Shown one piece after another: positions 1 to 10,436 of a stretch of 64,000 nucleotides of DNA; the first letter of the stretch is position 1; each line of letters opens with the position of its first letter. This DNA is from a phage, in the sequence record MZ956763.1, one strand, 5' to 3'. A model generated the notes under the pieces. It had not been told where the DNA came from. It was given only the letters and a program-made list of their open reading frames with translations, and made no database searches. Position numbers and translations under genes: made by a program.

Positions 1-45
1 GTAAAGTTGTCCCTGTTAAGTCTCGTCGTGTTAATTATTGTGAAT
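1..45 (+). pseudogene. 3' fragment of a ligase-like ORF on the plus strand, running in from the window edge (encodes ...KVVPVKSRRVNYCE*)
   Basis: nt 1-30 are the exact reverse complement of nt 264-293 (3' end of ligase CDS); translated peptide matches ligase C-terminus KVVPVKSRR then diverges. Confidence 0.35.
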
Positions 46-293
46 AGTTTTATGAAACAGATGAAAATATGGTTGTTTCTAATATTTAATGTTGAATTTA
101 AAGTTAAATAAATTAATAATACAAGAAATTGTGTTTTATAAGAAAATAAATCTTTTTTAACACCCCCACCCCGCAAACCCCCAGGCGCGGCTTGGTCTGG
201 TGGGCTCGGACATGTTTAAAACACACAGATCATGAGCTTAAAAAAACTCTACCCAATAATTACCACGACGAGACTTAACAGGGACAACTTTAC
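1..293. repeat. 30-bp perfect inverted repeat (1-30 vs 264-293) flanking a GC-rich spacer
   Basis: direct comparison; arm at 1-30 touches window edge so repeat may extend further left. Confidence 0.7.
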
Positions 294-978
294 AGCCATC
301 TCTAAAGTCATTCAATGGTGAAGTCTCAATGATATCTCTACGCTCAGGCCACGTCTTAGTACTGTCACAGATATCATACCAGTAAAACTTGAGTAGGTGT
401 CTGTCAGGATTGTCTTCATTTTTAATCATGGAGACGATATCTTCTAAGTCCCACCCATGAGCATAAATCTCTCCATCAAATTCATCAACATCTTTGTGGA
501 GCCTTAACATTGCCATAATGTCAGGTATTAGTTCAGTAGGGATTTTGTAAACAGTATTCTCACGAGAATATGCTGTAAATACACTGCCAATACTCAAGTG
601 CCTTGAAATCCTACAACGGACACCATCAAGTTTCGGTTGAGCATCAGCAGGGAACTTTAGATACTTTGCATGACTAACCTTTGCAGCATCATGAGCAAGC
701 TGTACACCTATCTTCTCAGTATTCTGTGCAGACTCTTTTGTGTAAGCATAACCTTTGCGGTCAACCTGCTTTTTATACTTTGCAGCAACTTCAAAGAGAG
801 CTTGCTGTTCAGCGTTACGCTCATTCTTTTTACCGATGTTTTTAGGTTCTGCTGTATACTCTTCAAACATCATCTTGCCATTTTCTTTGCCATAGGTTGT
901 AATAACTTTGTCGCCTACAGCAACGCATGACCAGACGTTAAAAGAGCCATCTTTATTTTGTTTGTACAGTATTGTCAT
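238..978 (-). CDS. ATP-dependent DNA ligase (small, single-domain type)
   Basis: ORF 246 aa; adenylation motif I PKLDGVRC (KxDG) present. Confidence 0.8.
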   Translation of the reverse strand: MTILYKQNKDGSFNVWSCVAVGDKVITTYGKENGKMMFEEYTAEPKNIGKKNERNAEQQALFEVAAKYKKQVDRKGYAYTKESAQNTEKIGVQLAHDAAKVSHAKYLKFPADAQPKLDGVRCRISRHLSIGSVFTAYSRENTVYKIPTELIPDIMAMLRLHKDVDEFDGEIYAHGWDLEDIVSMIKNEDNPDRHLLKFYWYDICDSTKTWPERRDIIETSPLNDFRDGCKVVPVKSRRGNYWVEFF

Positions 979-1057
979 TTATTTCTTGCCTCACAAGCTA
1001 TACATCCTTTTGAGTAGAATGAGTGCCAAGCACATCCACCAAAGTCTTCTTCAGTTA

Positions 1058-1306
1058 TTAAATTGAATTTATTGCTTCCATGTGTTTTTCGTAGAAGTCT
1101 AAACATTTTTCATCTTGCTCCTTTATGTAACTCTCATAAAATTCCGGTGATTCTGGTCTTTCGCCAAAGGAAATAACCTTCAGGTAGTACTTCCCATATG
1201 CTGAGCTATCTAACCAAGAATCAAATAGTAATTTCTTAGTGTTAGTCTTTGGAGGGATTACTAAGCTTTTTTCATACAATTCCTTCATTTCTTGAGTTAT
1301 CTTCAT
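1058..1306 (-). CDS. hypothetical protein
   Basis: 82 aa ORF, tightly packed with neighbours on same strand. Confidence 0.45.
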   Translation of the reverse strand: MKITQEMKELYEKSLVIPPKTNTKKLLFDSWLDSSAYGKYYLKVISFGERPESPEFYESYIKEQDEKCLDFYEKHMEAINSI

Positions 1307-1506
1307 TGCATATCCTTAACCTTACCTAAGAACCTTACACCACAGCTATTACACTCATATATGTCTAAATTTGTGTTATCAGGTTTATGAAAACACTTTG
1401 ACCCGCAACGACACCTGAATAGCTTACCATCAACACGAAGAATGAATGTTTCAAGCTCACCATCTTCTGTAAGGACGGCGTTCTTAAACTTATCTTCTAC
1501 AGTCAT
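1303..1506 (-). CDS. hypothetical zinc-ribbon protein
   Basis: 67 aa; CRCGSKC...CNSCG cysteine pairs; start overlaps upstream stop. Confidence 0.45.
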   Translation of the reverse strand: MTVEDKFKNAVLTEDGELETFILRVDGKLFRCRCGSKCFHKPDNTNLDIYECNSCGVRFLGKVKDMQ

Positions 1507-1724
1507 TTTCTCTTACCACCAATCTCTACGTCGATAACCTGAACATCACCAGCAACATCAAACTTATGAATGATGCTTTCCACAGTGTAAGTCCAACCCT
1601 CAATTCGAACCAACTCACCTTCTCGTGGGACGATTGGGTTACGTTGAGCTACGGTTGTAGTGGAGTGAACAACATCATAACAGTAGATATAGTTTACTAG
1701 GACTTCCATCGTAAAAAACCTCAC
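1503..1724 (-). CDS. hypothetical protein
   Basis: 73 aa ORF in operon-like overlap chain. Confidence 0.45.
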   Translation of the reverse strand: MRFFTMEVLVNYIYCYDVVHSTTTVAQRNPIVPREGELVRIEGWTYTVESIIHKFDVAGDVQVIDVEIGGKRK

Positions 1725-1957
1725 TCAATAACCGTAGTGTGTGATTGACTATTTTTACCATAGATATAAGATGTTGTTGTTTGAGAGTTTGGACATCTGA
1801 CAACAACAATATCTGTGCTTATTGCATCCCCATTTAACTTATAGACTTTGCAATCTTGCATCTCTGGTGGGAGACTATAAGAAGCATTCTTATCTTCATA
1901 AGAAGGGTTGCAGCCAGTTAGAAAAATAACACCAAGTGCAATTACTACTTTCCACAT
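1721..1957 (-). CDS. putative lipoprotein
   Basis: 78 aa; N-terminal hydrophobic stretch ending in lipobox-like LTGC. Confidence 0.45.
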   Translation of the reverse strand: MWKVVIALGVIFLTGCNPSYEDKNASYSLPPEMQDCKVYKLNGDAISTDIVVVRCPNSQTTTSYIYGKNSQSHTTVIE

Positions 1958-2145
1958 AACACATCTCCTGTTTTATTGTTCACGATGTTCTACTTCTCTG
2001 TATGTACGCTGGTAGCTTATGATGAGTTGTGCTAATTCGTTGCTTTTAACATCTGAGCGTAGCAGTTGCCAATCAAAACCTTTACCGACTCTCCCATATA
2101 AGCTAAATAGTTTTACTTTGCGTTTCATTTTGGTATCCCCAATAC

Positions 2146-2373
2146 TCAAAGGTCAATACTGATACGTTCACCTTTAAGGACTCCTGTACGGTCTCTTGCA
2201 ATCTTACCATCAATGATAATGATATGCGCAGACATTAAAGAATCACGATTAAAACCTTTTACGAACTTGCTAGGCATCACTACAATAAGCATCTCCTGAA
2301 TCAACTCTGGAGTATAGCAATTGTCGTGAAGTTGCTGGATAACGTCTGCAAGTGTCATTTTTGGTGTCTCCAA
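2146..2373 (-). CDS. hypothetical protein
   Basis: 75 aa ORF. Confidence 0.4.
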   Translation of the reverse strand: METPKMTLADVIQQLHDNCYTPELIQEMLIVVMPSKFVKGFNRDSLMSAHIIIIDGKIARDRTGVLKGERISIDL

Positions 2374-2564
2374 TATTCAATATCAATAAGCTCTTGTGCA
2401 ATGCTTTTCAGGTTACCTTTCAAGAAAACCTTCTCAGAACCTGAAAGAGATGAATTGTCAATTAGTCTGTTCATCCTCTCAAACAACTTCTGCTTACGGT
2501 TCTTGATAGTTTCCTTTGAAGCACCTTTCATCATCGCTGCATGGGTTCTTCCACGGTGGCTCAT
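2355..2564 (-). CDS. hypothetical basic protein
   Basis: 69 aa, Lys/Arg rich. Confidence 0.4.
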   Translation of the reverse strand: MSHRGRTHAAMMKGASKETIKNRKQKLFERMNRLIDNSSLSGSEKVFLKGNLKSIAQELIDIEYWRHQK

Positions 2565-2615
2565 AAGCCCTCCTATATAAGATATTGTATAAGGTACTCT
2601 TCCATGAGCACCTTG

Positions 2616-3143
2616 TCAACTTAGTTTTGCAAACTCTCCGTGGAGTTTCATAGCAGCTTCACAGTAAGCTTTGTGGGCTTCTTCAGGTGTGTCATAAGTA
2701 CCTACATGTATCTTCCTTTTTTTATAGTTAATTTGTGCAATCCATTTCCCTGTTTTCTTCTTCAATGACACCCCTTTGAATCCTGACTTATTGGTTGCTA
2801 ATTTACCCTTATTCCAAGCACTTTGGAAATCATCAACTACCCTCAAGTTAACAATTCTGTTGTCTAAAGAATCACCATTGATATGTTCAATGATACCATC
2901 TGGTAATTCTCCATAGACATACAGCCATGCAAGTCTATGAGCTTTATAGCTTTTCTTGTCAACAAAAATTACTACTTGCTTATGCCCTGTGGAGTCTACT
3001 TGAACACTCCCAGCTACTTTACCTGCGTACCTGCTGTTAAAAACTTTTGACGACCGTGTATTTCCATTTCTGGGTAGCCAAGTAAAGACCCCGCTATCGG
3101 GGTCATAACTGAGTAGCTCCTTTAAACGATTTTCTGTAAGCAT
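2616..3143 (-). CDS. HNH homing endonuclease with AP2-type DNA-binding domain
   Basis: HNH-like region HRLAWL...EHINGDSLDNRIVNLR; C-terminal AP2-like GFKGVS...GKWIAQI...GTYDTPEEAHKAY. Confidence 0.7.
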   Translation of the reverse strand: MLTENRLKELLSYDPDSGVFTWLPRNGNTRSSKVFNSRYAGKVAGSVQVDSTGHKQVVIFVDKKSYKAHRLAWLYVYGELPDGIIEHINGDSLDNRIVNLRVVDDFQSAWNKGKLATNKSGFKGVSLKKKTGKWIAQINYKKRKIHVGTYDTPEEAHKAYCEAAMKLHGEFAKLS

Positions 3144-3152
3144 TTCAACACC

Positions 3153-5852
3153 TTAGTGAACTTCCAACCAGCTCTTTCCAACTTTACCTGTGCCAGTTAC
3201 CAGTGTTTCACTCTTAAGCCCTAAGTTCTTAGAGGCTTGTCCGTAATACCAATCAGTGACAGCTTTCACCTCTGCCGTCATACTTTCTGGGCATTCCCAA
3301 CTTGTCTCGTCGTGATAGGAGCACAATAAACGAGCACCTATAGCTGGTTTGCGACCGTTTAACTTCATCAAACCTTCGTCAATCATACGACGGCAAGCGA
3401 GGTTAATTGCCTCGTTCTGAATCTGGCTTTCCGAACCCATGAGCAAATAATTCAATAACTTATGTGGAGATTTACACCACAACCAAGCTCCAGCAACCTT
3501 TACAAAACCCCCTTTAGAGATTGCAGCAGTCTTACCAAACACCTCTTCAAGTGCCTTTTTAGTCGCTTTGTAGTCAGCTTCCAAGTCATCTAGCAGTTTC
3601 TTAATTTTAGGCAAACGAATAAAGTAAGTCTGTTTAGTCAGTGCGCCTTCCTGAGTAGTTGCAGCTTTAATCGTCTTAGCAAACTTCTCATCACCTGCAC
3701 CGAACAGCAGTGCATAGATACCATTCTTAGCTTTCTTACGACCCTTGCTAATCTCATGGAGAAGGTTCTCATCCTGAGTAGCTCGACAAGTTAAGATATC
3801 CTGCTCATCATTCAAGCTAAAGTAAATGCTGTTCAATGTGTGTGCATCAGTCCCTGAATAGACAACGTAAAGGTCATTCTCAGAGTCATAGCGAAGGTAC
3901 TTATCAATCTCTGGGTTGAGGTACTCATCAAAGTGTTTGCAGTAATAGCGTCCATCTTCTTGACGAATAAACTCAATCTCTTCTTTACCTTGCGTTACCG
4001 CTTTGGTGAAGTCTTTGTCACCCATAAAGTTACAAAGAAGAACTAGCTGGGCTGAGTTCATATCTACAGAGACAACGTTAGTGCCTTCTTCACAAATCCA
4101 CACTGCCCTCATTGGTTCCCCATAGACAGCAGCACCAGACGGTACGTTTACAATACCATATTGTGTCATACGTCCAGTTGAAGTACCAAACACCATTGCA
4201 CCAGCACTAAGGCGACCATCAGGACGAATCTGGTTCAACCAACCTTTTTCATCATCCTTTGAGTTCTCAATAGTTCTGCGTCGGTGCATCAAAGTATAGT
4301 ATTTCGCAATCTTCTGTCCAAGCTCACCTTCAATCGTATCATAAGATGATTCAGTAAGTTTTGGTGAAGTACGGATTAAGCAAGGCTCAAGCAAATCTGT
4401 GTATTTCTTCACAGACCAGTTATGCTCAATGTACTGGACACCTTCGTGTTCAACATAACTCAAACCACACCGTTCCACCATCTCCTGCCACTTAGGATGT
4501 TTTGTAATCATCTTTTTGTTGTCTTTGAAACGACAAACTTTGACAGGACGACCATCCGAGTCTTTCTTGTAGTTCCAGTCATCTGGAATCCAACCAACTG
4601 ATTTCAGGTAGTCTTTAACAACTGCTACCTGAGTCATACGAGAAACTTCGAACTCAATTGGTGTATATGGTGCATCAATCAAACCTGTGTAGCGACTTGA
4701 CTCAAGTTCAAAGTGGTTAACAACATGACTGTTATAGTACTTCACAGTCTTAACTGTTTTTACTGGCTTCCAGTCTTTGCATTTCTTACCAATCTTTGCA
4801 TTCAACTCATTGCAAATTGCACGAGCATCCTTCATTGCTACAAAGCCTTCCTTGTACTCTTCACCAGTTACAGAGTTGGTTGGTGTGTAGCAATTCCGCT
4901 TTTCAATGTTAAAAATCTTTGTAGTTGGCTTACCAAATGGCTTGATTTCATATGTCTGCATCTCACCGTTACGTACCTGTTGGCGATACTTTGTCTTAGG
5001 GTACTTGGTAATTCTCTTCAGTCCATCTGCATGACCGAATGCTTCAACATACTCATTCCAAGCTTTTGCAAATTCTTCTCCAGTGACTTTACCTTTAGTC
5101 TTAATAGTTGGAGGAAGATGTGGTTCAACTTCTGAAGCAAGCTCGTTAGTCAACTTGTCAAGTTCCTTTACATGAAACTCCATAAGCTCTTTATCAGCTT
5201 TCCAACCATTGATAGCTTGTTGACTCATCCAGAAAGATGTTTCTTTAGCTCGCATGTAGGTTTCATAAGTATCTACGCCACACTTCTTTAACTTCAGATA
5301 TTCATTATCCAATGCACGTTTAGTTTTGGCGTTAATACGGATATCCTCTACAACACGAGTGAAGATTTCTGCATTCCACACACCCCAATGTTCAATCTCT
5401 GGTTTACGGACACCAACACGAGCACCCCATGCAGCCAAACCATGAGCACCTTTATAGCCCTTTGGAGTTGGTCTATCCATCCACTGAACACGAGACTGAA
5501 TAAGAGAATCCTGAAAGAAATTACTCCACGGCTTACACTTTGGATTATCAAAGTTCCACAAATCAGGTGCAATGTGATTGAAAACCCACCAGTCATACCC
5601 CAGACCATTATGGATGCAAAGTCGTTTTGCCTTTAACGCAAACTCAACACCTTCACGCAAGCCACCCTTAATGTACTTGGTATACTTGTGACCGAGGATA
5701 GGCTCATCTGTAAAGACCCATACAGGTGGCTCTTCATCGTCAGATTTATAGTCTGCGAAAGCCATTACGTGCACTTTAGTGAACTCAAGGAGTAAACCAT
5801 CAGTTTCTGTATCACCAACTAAATGTAAGTTTTTAAAATCTACGTTTTCCAT
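3153..5852 (-). CDS. DNA polymerase, family A, with 3'-5' exonuclease domain
   Basis: Exo motif VGDTETDGL near N-terminus; motif-B-like KAKNGIYALLFGAG; motif C YHDE; start set at second ATG (MENVDF) which has GAGGGAG SD; ORF track starts at 5882. Confidence 0.85.
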   Translation of the reverse strand: MENVDFKNLHLVGDTETDGLLLEFTKVHVMAFADYKSDDEEPPVWVFTDEPILGHKYTKYIKGGLREGVEFALKAKRLCIHNGLGYDWWVFNHIAPDLWNFDNPKCKPWSNFFQDSLIQSRVQWMDRPTPKGYKGAHGLAAWGARVGVRKPEIEHWGVWNAEIFTRVVEDIRINAKTKRALDNEYLKLKKCGVDTYETYMRAKETSFWMSQQAINGWKADKELMEFHVKELDKLTNELASEVEPHLPPTIKTKGKVTGEEFAKAWNEYVEAFGHADGLKRITKYPKTKYRQQVRNGEMQTYEIKPFGKPTTKIFNIEKRNCYTPTNSVTGEEYKEGFVAMKDARAICNELNAKIGKKCKDWKPVKTVKTVKYYNSHVVNHFELESSRYTGLIDAPYTPIEFEVSRMTQVAVVKDYLKSVGWIPDDWNYKKDSDGRPVKVCRFKDNKKMITKHPKWQEMVERCGLSYVEHEGVQYIEHNWSVKKYTDLLEPCLIRTSPKLTESSYDTIEGELGQKIAKYYTLMHRRRTIENSKDDEKGWLNQIRPDGRLSAGAMVFGTSTGRMTQYGIVNVPSGAAVYGEPMRAVWICEEGTNVVSVDMNSAQLVLLCNFMGDKDFTKAVTQGKEEIEFIRQEDGRYYCKHFDEYLNPEIDKYLRYDSENDLYVVYSGTDAHTLNSIYFSLNDEQDILTCRATQDENLLHEISKGRKKAKNGIYALLFGAGDEKFAKTIKAATTQEGALTKQTYFIRLPKIKKLLDDLEADYKATKKALEEVFGKTAAISKGGFVKVAGAWLWCKSPHKLLNYLLMGSESQIQNEAINLACRRMIDEGLMKLNGRKPAIGARLLCSYHDETSWECPESMTAEVKAVTDWYYGQASKNLGLKSETLVTGTGKVGKSWLEVH

Positions 5853-6109
5853 TTTTACTCCCTCTAAAATCATTAACCTCATACATTACTGCAAAAAATT
5901 ATAAAAAGCAAGTTGACAATGTGCTTGACAAGGTGTTAATCTTTGCGAAGTGGGTTTTTACTTAAAAGGTTACTTAACAGTTTAACTATACAGATACTTT
6001 AAAACTCTTAAAAGATTATTTAATAGCTTTTAAAAAGCTTTAAAGTATAACGTATAGAATACGTTAAGATAAAAGATTAAAACTTAATAGTTACTTAAAA
6101 GAGGCTTAC

Positions 6110-6532
6110 ATGCAGAAAATGTTTGTTCACCCAGACATAGCTGACTTTGTTAGAGCTTTGCAGAAGTTGGAAGAACTTGACATTGCTGCTCAACGGGAAT
6201 ATGCTCACCATCACAGGAGAATGGTTGATATACAACATGAGATAGAGTTGTCTGAAAACTATGAAGATGACTTAAAATGCTCTGTATTTGAGCATATGAA
6301 AGATGTTGCTACAGCGAGACGTAAAGCTAAAGACACAGTTGCTTTACTAGATTCTCTTAAAAAGAGGTTGCAAAGTGGTACAGACCTGTGTAATCTAGCG
6401 TCACTGATTAACGATGTTGAAACTTCTTGGGATAGACATTACTATCCACGTTCTGAAAAGACACTTGACTTTTCTTCATCAGAAAACTTAAAATGTTCTA
6501 GAAAGAAACTTAACCAACTGAGAGAGAAATAA
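6110..6532 (+). CDS. hypothetical protein
   Basis: 140 aa ORF, first gene of plus-strand block after divergent promoter region. Confidence 0.45.
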   Translation: MQKMFVHPDIADFVRALQKLEELDIAAQREYAHHHRRMVDIQHEIELSENYEDDLKCSVFEHMKDVATARRKAKDTVALLDSLKKRLQSGTDLCNLASLINDVETSWDRHYYPRSEKTLDFSSSENLKCSRKKLNQLREK

Positions 6533-6533
6533 T

Positions 6534-7346
6534 ATGAACACTACTGTAGACCAAATGCTTAAAGAAAAAGGTATTGACGAAGCATTCTTAATCAATGCCG
6601 TAGAAAGCATGGCTATGATTCTTCGTGGAAACAACTACACAGAACGGTTTATGCCTGCAAGCTATAACTTGCCTAAAGACAAGTCTGATAACGGTGCTTT
6701 TGCAGAACAGGTTAACATGATGTTGACAGACACTTCACTAGCTCTGGCATCTATCGCTGTTGGTGTTGACGCACTTGCTGAGTTCATTTTTTATGAAATG
6801 CAAAAGAATGACTATATCAGGATGTCAGACGAAAATAAAGAACTGTTGCTGACTCAGGATAATGATTCCCTTATTGATACAATCATTGCATCAACAAGTG
6901 CTGTTATGGCTGCTCTTGAGAAGCGCATGGAAGAGAAGCTTTCACGATATGAAAAGTTTGATTGGGGTGTAGAAGAGTTAACCCCACGAATCAGAGAGAT
7001 TATCCAGCAAACTAAAGAGTCTTTAGCAGAAGCTGTGAAAGATGATTCTGTAGCTGATGTAGAACCACTACAGGTGAAGGTCGCTCTGATGATTCCAGCT
7101 ATTTCTACAATGATGAATATCGTTGCACTAATCCAACTTGCTCAGATGTTGGGTGTAACCATTGAGTTCGTTGAGGAGATGACTGGTGGTGTCAGTATGC
7201 AAGCAATCAATGATGTTTTGGTAAACATTGGTGCTTCAATCATTGAAGAGAAGCTTCGCATTCACTTTGGTGACGATTTTGTGAAGCAAGTCTCAGCTAT
7301 GGCTGAAAAAGAGCACTCACAAATTACTAGTGAACAACTTCACTAA
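6534..7346 (+). CDS. hypothetical protein
   Basis: 270 aa ORF, followed by hairpin+T-run. Confidence 0.5.
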   Translation: MNTTVDQMLKEKGIDEAFLINAVESMAMILRGNNYTERFMPASYNLPKDKSDNGAFAEQVNMMLTDTSLALASIAVGVDALAEFIFYEMQKNDYIRMSDENKELLLTQDNDSLIDTIIASTSAVMAALEKRMEEKLSRYEKFDWGVEELTPRIREIIQQTKESLAEAVKDDSVADVEPLQVKVALMIPAISTMMNIVALIQLAQMLGVTIEFVEEMTGGVSMQAINDVLVNIGASIIEEKLRIHFGDDFVKQVSAMAEKEHSQITSEQLH

Positions 7347-7364
7347 GCATTTATAAATCTTACA

Positions 7365-7388
7365 AGCCTCCTTAATTGGGGGCTTTTT
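7365..7388 (+). terminator. intrinsic terminator
   Basis: AGCCTCCTTAATTGGGGGCTTTTT. Confidence 0.45.
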
Positions 7389-7406
7389 AGTAATTAAGGG
7401 GATAAA

Positions 7407-8150
7407 ATGAGTAATATTATTGCGTTTACTGGAAAGGCACGTTCTGGAAAAGATACCTCATGTTCTATTGTTAAGAATATCTTAGAAGATGAGTATGGCT
7501 ACAATGTTGCAGTAATGGCCTATGCAGACAATCTTAAGCTGTCTGCATCAAAGATATTTGACTTGACATGGAATGACCTGTACGGTGAAACTAAAGAGAC
7601 TCCACAGGTTTTTGATTTATCATACTCTGAACTGATGTTCAAAGTTACGGAAGCTATGGAGTTCACCTTCAGAGATGAACGTTACCATATGGACTTTAAG
7701 CTTATGTCAGAGTTAACCGGACGATTAATCATGGAACTTAAGAAGGTTGCTAAACCAACCTTATTAACACGTCTGGGATTTAGTAAAAAGTATAAATTCT
7801 CATCAAGACAAATTCAACAGATTTGGGGAACTGAAGTTATCCGTAAAGTTATGGGTGACAAATTCTGGGCTAAAGACCTCGAAAAACGGATGGCTCGATT
7901 CTTTGAATCTTGTTCACTTAGAAATCAAGAAGGTGTTGTTTTAATCAGTGACTTAAGGTTTGACTCTGAAGCTGAGTGGTTGAGCAGATTTGCACACCAA
8001 ACTATTGAAGTAAAAAGAGACAATGTGGATAAAGTTTCATCACATGTTTCAGAAAATGGAATTTCTACCAAATATGCACGTGACATTATCCATAATAATG
8101 GTACTCTTGAAGACCTTGAAAGTAAGCTAAGAGCTATCCTGAAAATTTAA
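7407..8150 (+). CDS. deoxynucleoside monophosphate kinase (P-loop)
   Basis: N-terminal IAFTGKARSGKDT Walker A resembling T4 gp1-type dNMP kinases. Confidence 0.65.
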   Translation: MSNIIAFTGKARSGKDTSCSIVKNILEDEYGYNVAVMAYADNLKLSASKIFDLTWNDLYGETKETPQVFDLSYSELMFKVTEAMEFTFRDERYHMDFKLMSELTGRLIMELKKVAKPTLLTRLGFSKKYKFSSRQIQQIWGTEVIRKVMGDKFWAKDLEKRMARFFESCSLRNQEGVVLISDLRFDSEAEWLSRFAHQTIEVKRDNVDKVSSHVSENGISTKYARDIIHNNGTLEDLESKLRAILKI

Positions 8151-8158
8151 AAGAGAGA

Positions 8159-8359
8159 ATGAAGATGAGAGTAAAAGATAATTTCAAAGTTATTGACCAT
8201 CGTTTAGTGGAACTCTCATCTCTTTCCAATGAGGTAATGATTGAACGTCTTAAGAGAGTTGAATCACGAAGGAAAGAGATTGCAGATGAAATTCATGAAC
8301 TGGACAAGATTGAAAATGGATTGAAGGCAGAACTACAACGAAGAGGTGCTAATGTCTAA
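8159..8359 (+). CDS. hypothetical protein
   Basis: 66 aa ORF. Confidence 0.4.
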   Translation: MKMRVKDNFKVIDHRLVELSSLSNEVMIERLKRVESRRKEIADEIHELDKIENGLKAELQRRGANV

Positions 8360-10337
8360 AGGTCGTAAATTAAAAGAGGCTGGTCAGTTTATTGGTCATT
8401 GTGCATGTCCACGTTGTGGTTCATCAGATGCTGGTTCAATCTACCATCATGACGATGATTCTTATTCAATGACTTGCTTTAGCTGTAACAAAGGTTTCCC
8501 AGAGTGGGATTTTGATAAAGGACAAATCGTGAGCACTTATTCTACCGGTTCAGATAATAAAAACCGTACTTTCCGTGGAATGGATTTAGATGATGTAAAA
8601 GAAAACCTAGAAGCAATGGACTTGAAAGACAGGAAGATTCCTGCAAAAGTCCTTGAGCGTTTAGGCATCAAGGTTGACATTGACAGTGACGGTGAAATTG
8701 ACGCACATTTCTACCCAACTTACAAACGCAATGAAGATGGCAAGCTAGAGCATGTTGGTTACCGTGTTCGTCACCGTTACCCAGAAGACCACCCAAAAGA
8801 ACATCTACGTGGAAAGTTAAAAGACTTTTCAGGTGGTGTTGGAGACATTAAAGGTGAACTGGCAATGTTCGGTTCATGGATTGCTCCAGAAGGTGGTAAC
8901 CGTCTATTCATCTGGGAAGGTGAGATGGAGTGTGCCACGGCAATCTACATGACTTCTCTGGCAATTAAAGATAAGTCTCGTCGTAAGAATTACTGTCACG
9001 TATCTGTTCCATCAGGTGCAAACATTAAGTCTATCAAAGACAACTATCAGTACATCACATCATTTGATGAGATTTACTTGTGCTTTGATAACGATGAAGC
9101 AGGTGCTAAAGCTACCAAAGAGGCTGCTGGTATCCTACCTATTGAGAAGGTTCGTTTGTTCCAGTATCCAGAAGGTGTAAAAGACCTCAATGAATGGTGG
9201 ACAAAGTTCTATAAAGAGAAAGATACAGTTCTGGAAGGATTTAAGCAGCGTATCTACAATGCACCTCGTTACTGCCCTGCTGGTATCAAAAACTTCGCAG
9301 ATGGTTTTGAGGCAATGAAGAATCGTGGTCAGATTCCATTGATTCCTTTCCCAGAGTCTTTCGGAGATTTGAACAGGCTGACTTATGGTGGTTATGGTTT
9401 AGGTGAGATTACAACTATTGCAGCACCATCTTCAGTAGGTAAGTCAGCTTACACTCGTGAGATGATTTATTCAGCTTGGAAAGAAACTGACTATAATATC
9501 GGTGTAATTCCTGTAGAAGATACCTATGAAGAGTTGATGGAGATGCTCTGTGCAATCCACCTGAGCAAACAGATTTCTGAGATTCCTTATGATGAACGGG
9601 ATTGGGATGAATTAAAAGGAGCACACGCAGAACTGTCTAAAGGTCGTCGTATCCATATCGTTGACCATCAAGGGGCAATTGACCAAGATAACCTGCTAGA
9701 GTTTGTTGACTATCTTGTTAACAGTTTAGACTGTAAGATTATTATTCTTGACCCTATTACATTGGCTCTGTCACGTTCAGATACGGATGAAGAGGAAGTT
9801 TTGTCTGAACTATTGCGTCGTTGCAAACGCTACCAGTATGCACAGGTAAACGTATGTCACGTTCGTAAGAGTGCAGGTGGTCAGAAAGCTAACTCTGAAG
9901 GTGGAGATATCTCAGAAGAGGATATTAAGGGTTCTGGTGCGTATTTCCAGATTTCTATGAATAACATCCTGTTAATGCGTAACAAGGTTGACCCAGACCC
10001 TGTTAAGAAAAACTTGACAAAAATCAAGTTAACTAAGTGTCGTCGTCATGGTAAGTCAACAGGTATTGCTGGTCATACTTGGTACAATCCAGATACAGGA
10101 CGTCTTATCAAAGCTTCTGGATGTGGTGTTGATATTGATGGTGCAGCAGAAAATATTCGCCAGCAGTTTGGTATTGGTGAAGCTGAAGACCATTACGATG
10201 ACTCTTTACCTCATTATGAGGATGAAGTGTTTGACCGTGAGACTGGTGAAGTTTATACTGAAGAGCAGCGTCAAAGCTCAACGATTCCACCTGTATTAAG
10301 TGAGGATGCAGATGACTGCCCGTTCGAAACTGAGTGA
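8352..10337 (+). CDS. bifunctional DNA primase/helicase (T7 gp4-like)
   Basis: N-terminal zinc ribbon CPRCGSSD...CFSCNKG; C-terminal DnaB-like Walker A APSSVGKSAY; track start 8346 is GTG, first ATG at 8352. Confidence 0.8.
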   Translation: MSKGRKLKEAGQFIGHCACPRCGSSDAGSIYHHDDDSYSMTCFSCNKGFPEWDFDKGQIVSTYSTGSDNKNRTFRGMDLDDVKENLEAMDLKDRKIPAKVLERLGIKVDIDSDGEIDAHFYPTYKRNEDGKLEHVGYRVRHRYPEDHPKEHLRGKLKDFSGGVGDIKGELAMFGSWIAPEGGNRLFIWEGEMECATAIYMTSLAIKDKSRRKNYCHVSVPSGANIKSIKDNYQYITSFDEIYLCFDNDEAGAKATKEAAGILPIEKVRLFQYPEGVKDLNEWWTKFYKEKDTVLEGFKQRIYNAPRYCPAGIKNFADGFEAMKNRGQIPLIPFPESFGDLNRLTYGGYGLGEITTIAAPSSVGKSAYTREMIYSAWKETDYNIGVIPVEDTYEELMEMLCAIHLSKQISEIPYDERDWDELKGAHAELSKGRRIHIVDHQGAIDQDNLLEFVDYLVNSLDCKIIILDPITLALSRSDTDEEEVLSELLRRCKRYQYAQVNVCHVRKSAGGQKANSEGGDISEEDIKGSGAYFQISMNNILLMRNKVDPDPVKKNLTKIKLTKCRRHGKSTGIAGHTWYNPDTGRLIKASGCGVDIDGAAENIRQQFGIGEAEDHYDDSLPHYEDEVFDRETGEVYTEEQRQSSTIPPVLSEDADDCPFETE

Positions 10338-10407
10338 TAGTTATAAAAGAGAGGGGTTCATACCCTTCTTTGAAGAAAAAAGTTTAAATAAATTTCAGGA
10401 AGAGTGT

Positions 10408-10436
10408 TTGACAAAGGTTGATAGGTTCTATAGAAT
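10408..10436 (+). promoter_or_regulatory. sigma70-like promoter
   Basis: TTGACA, 17 bp spacer, TAGAAT; upstream of small ORF and SSB-like gene. Confidence 0.55.

Noticed and set aside
1973-2128. 51-aa minus-strand ORF (MKRKVKLFSLYG...) between 1957 and 2146
   Set aside because: Plausible by position but below size threshold and without a clear SD; not called as a feature
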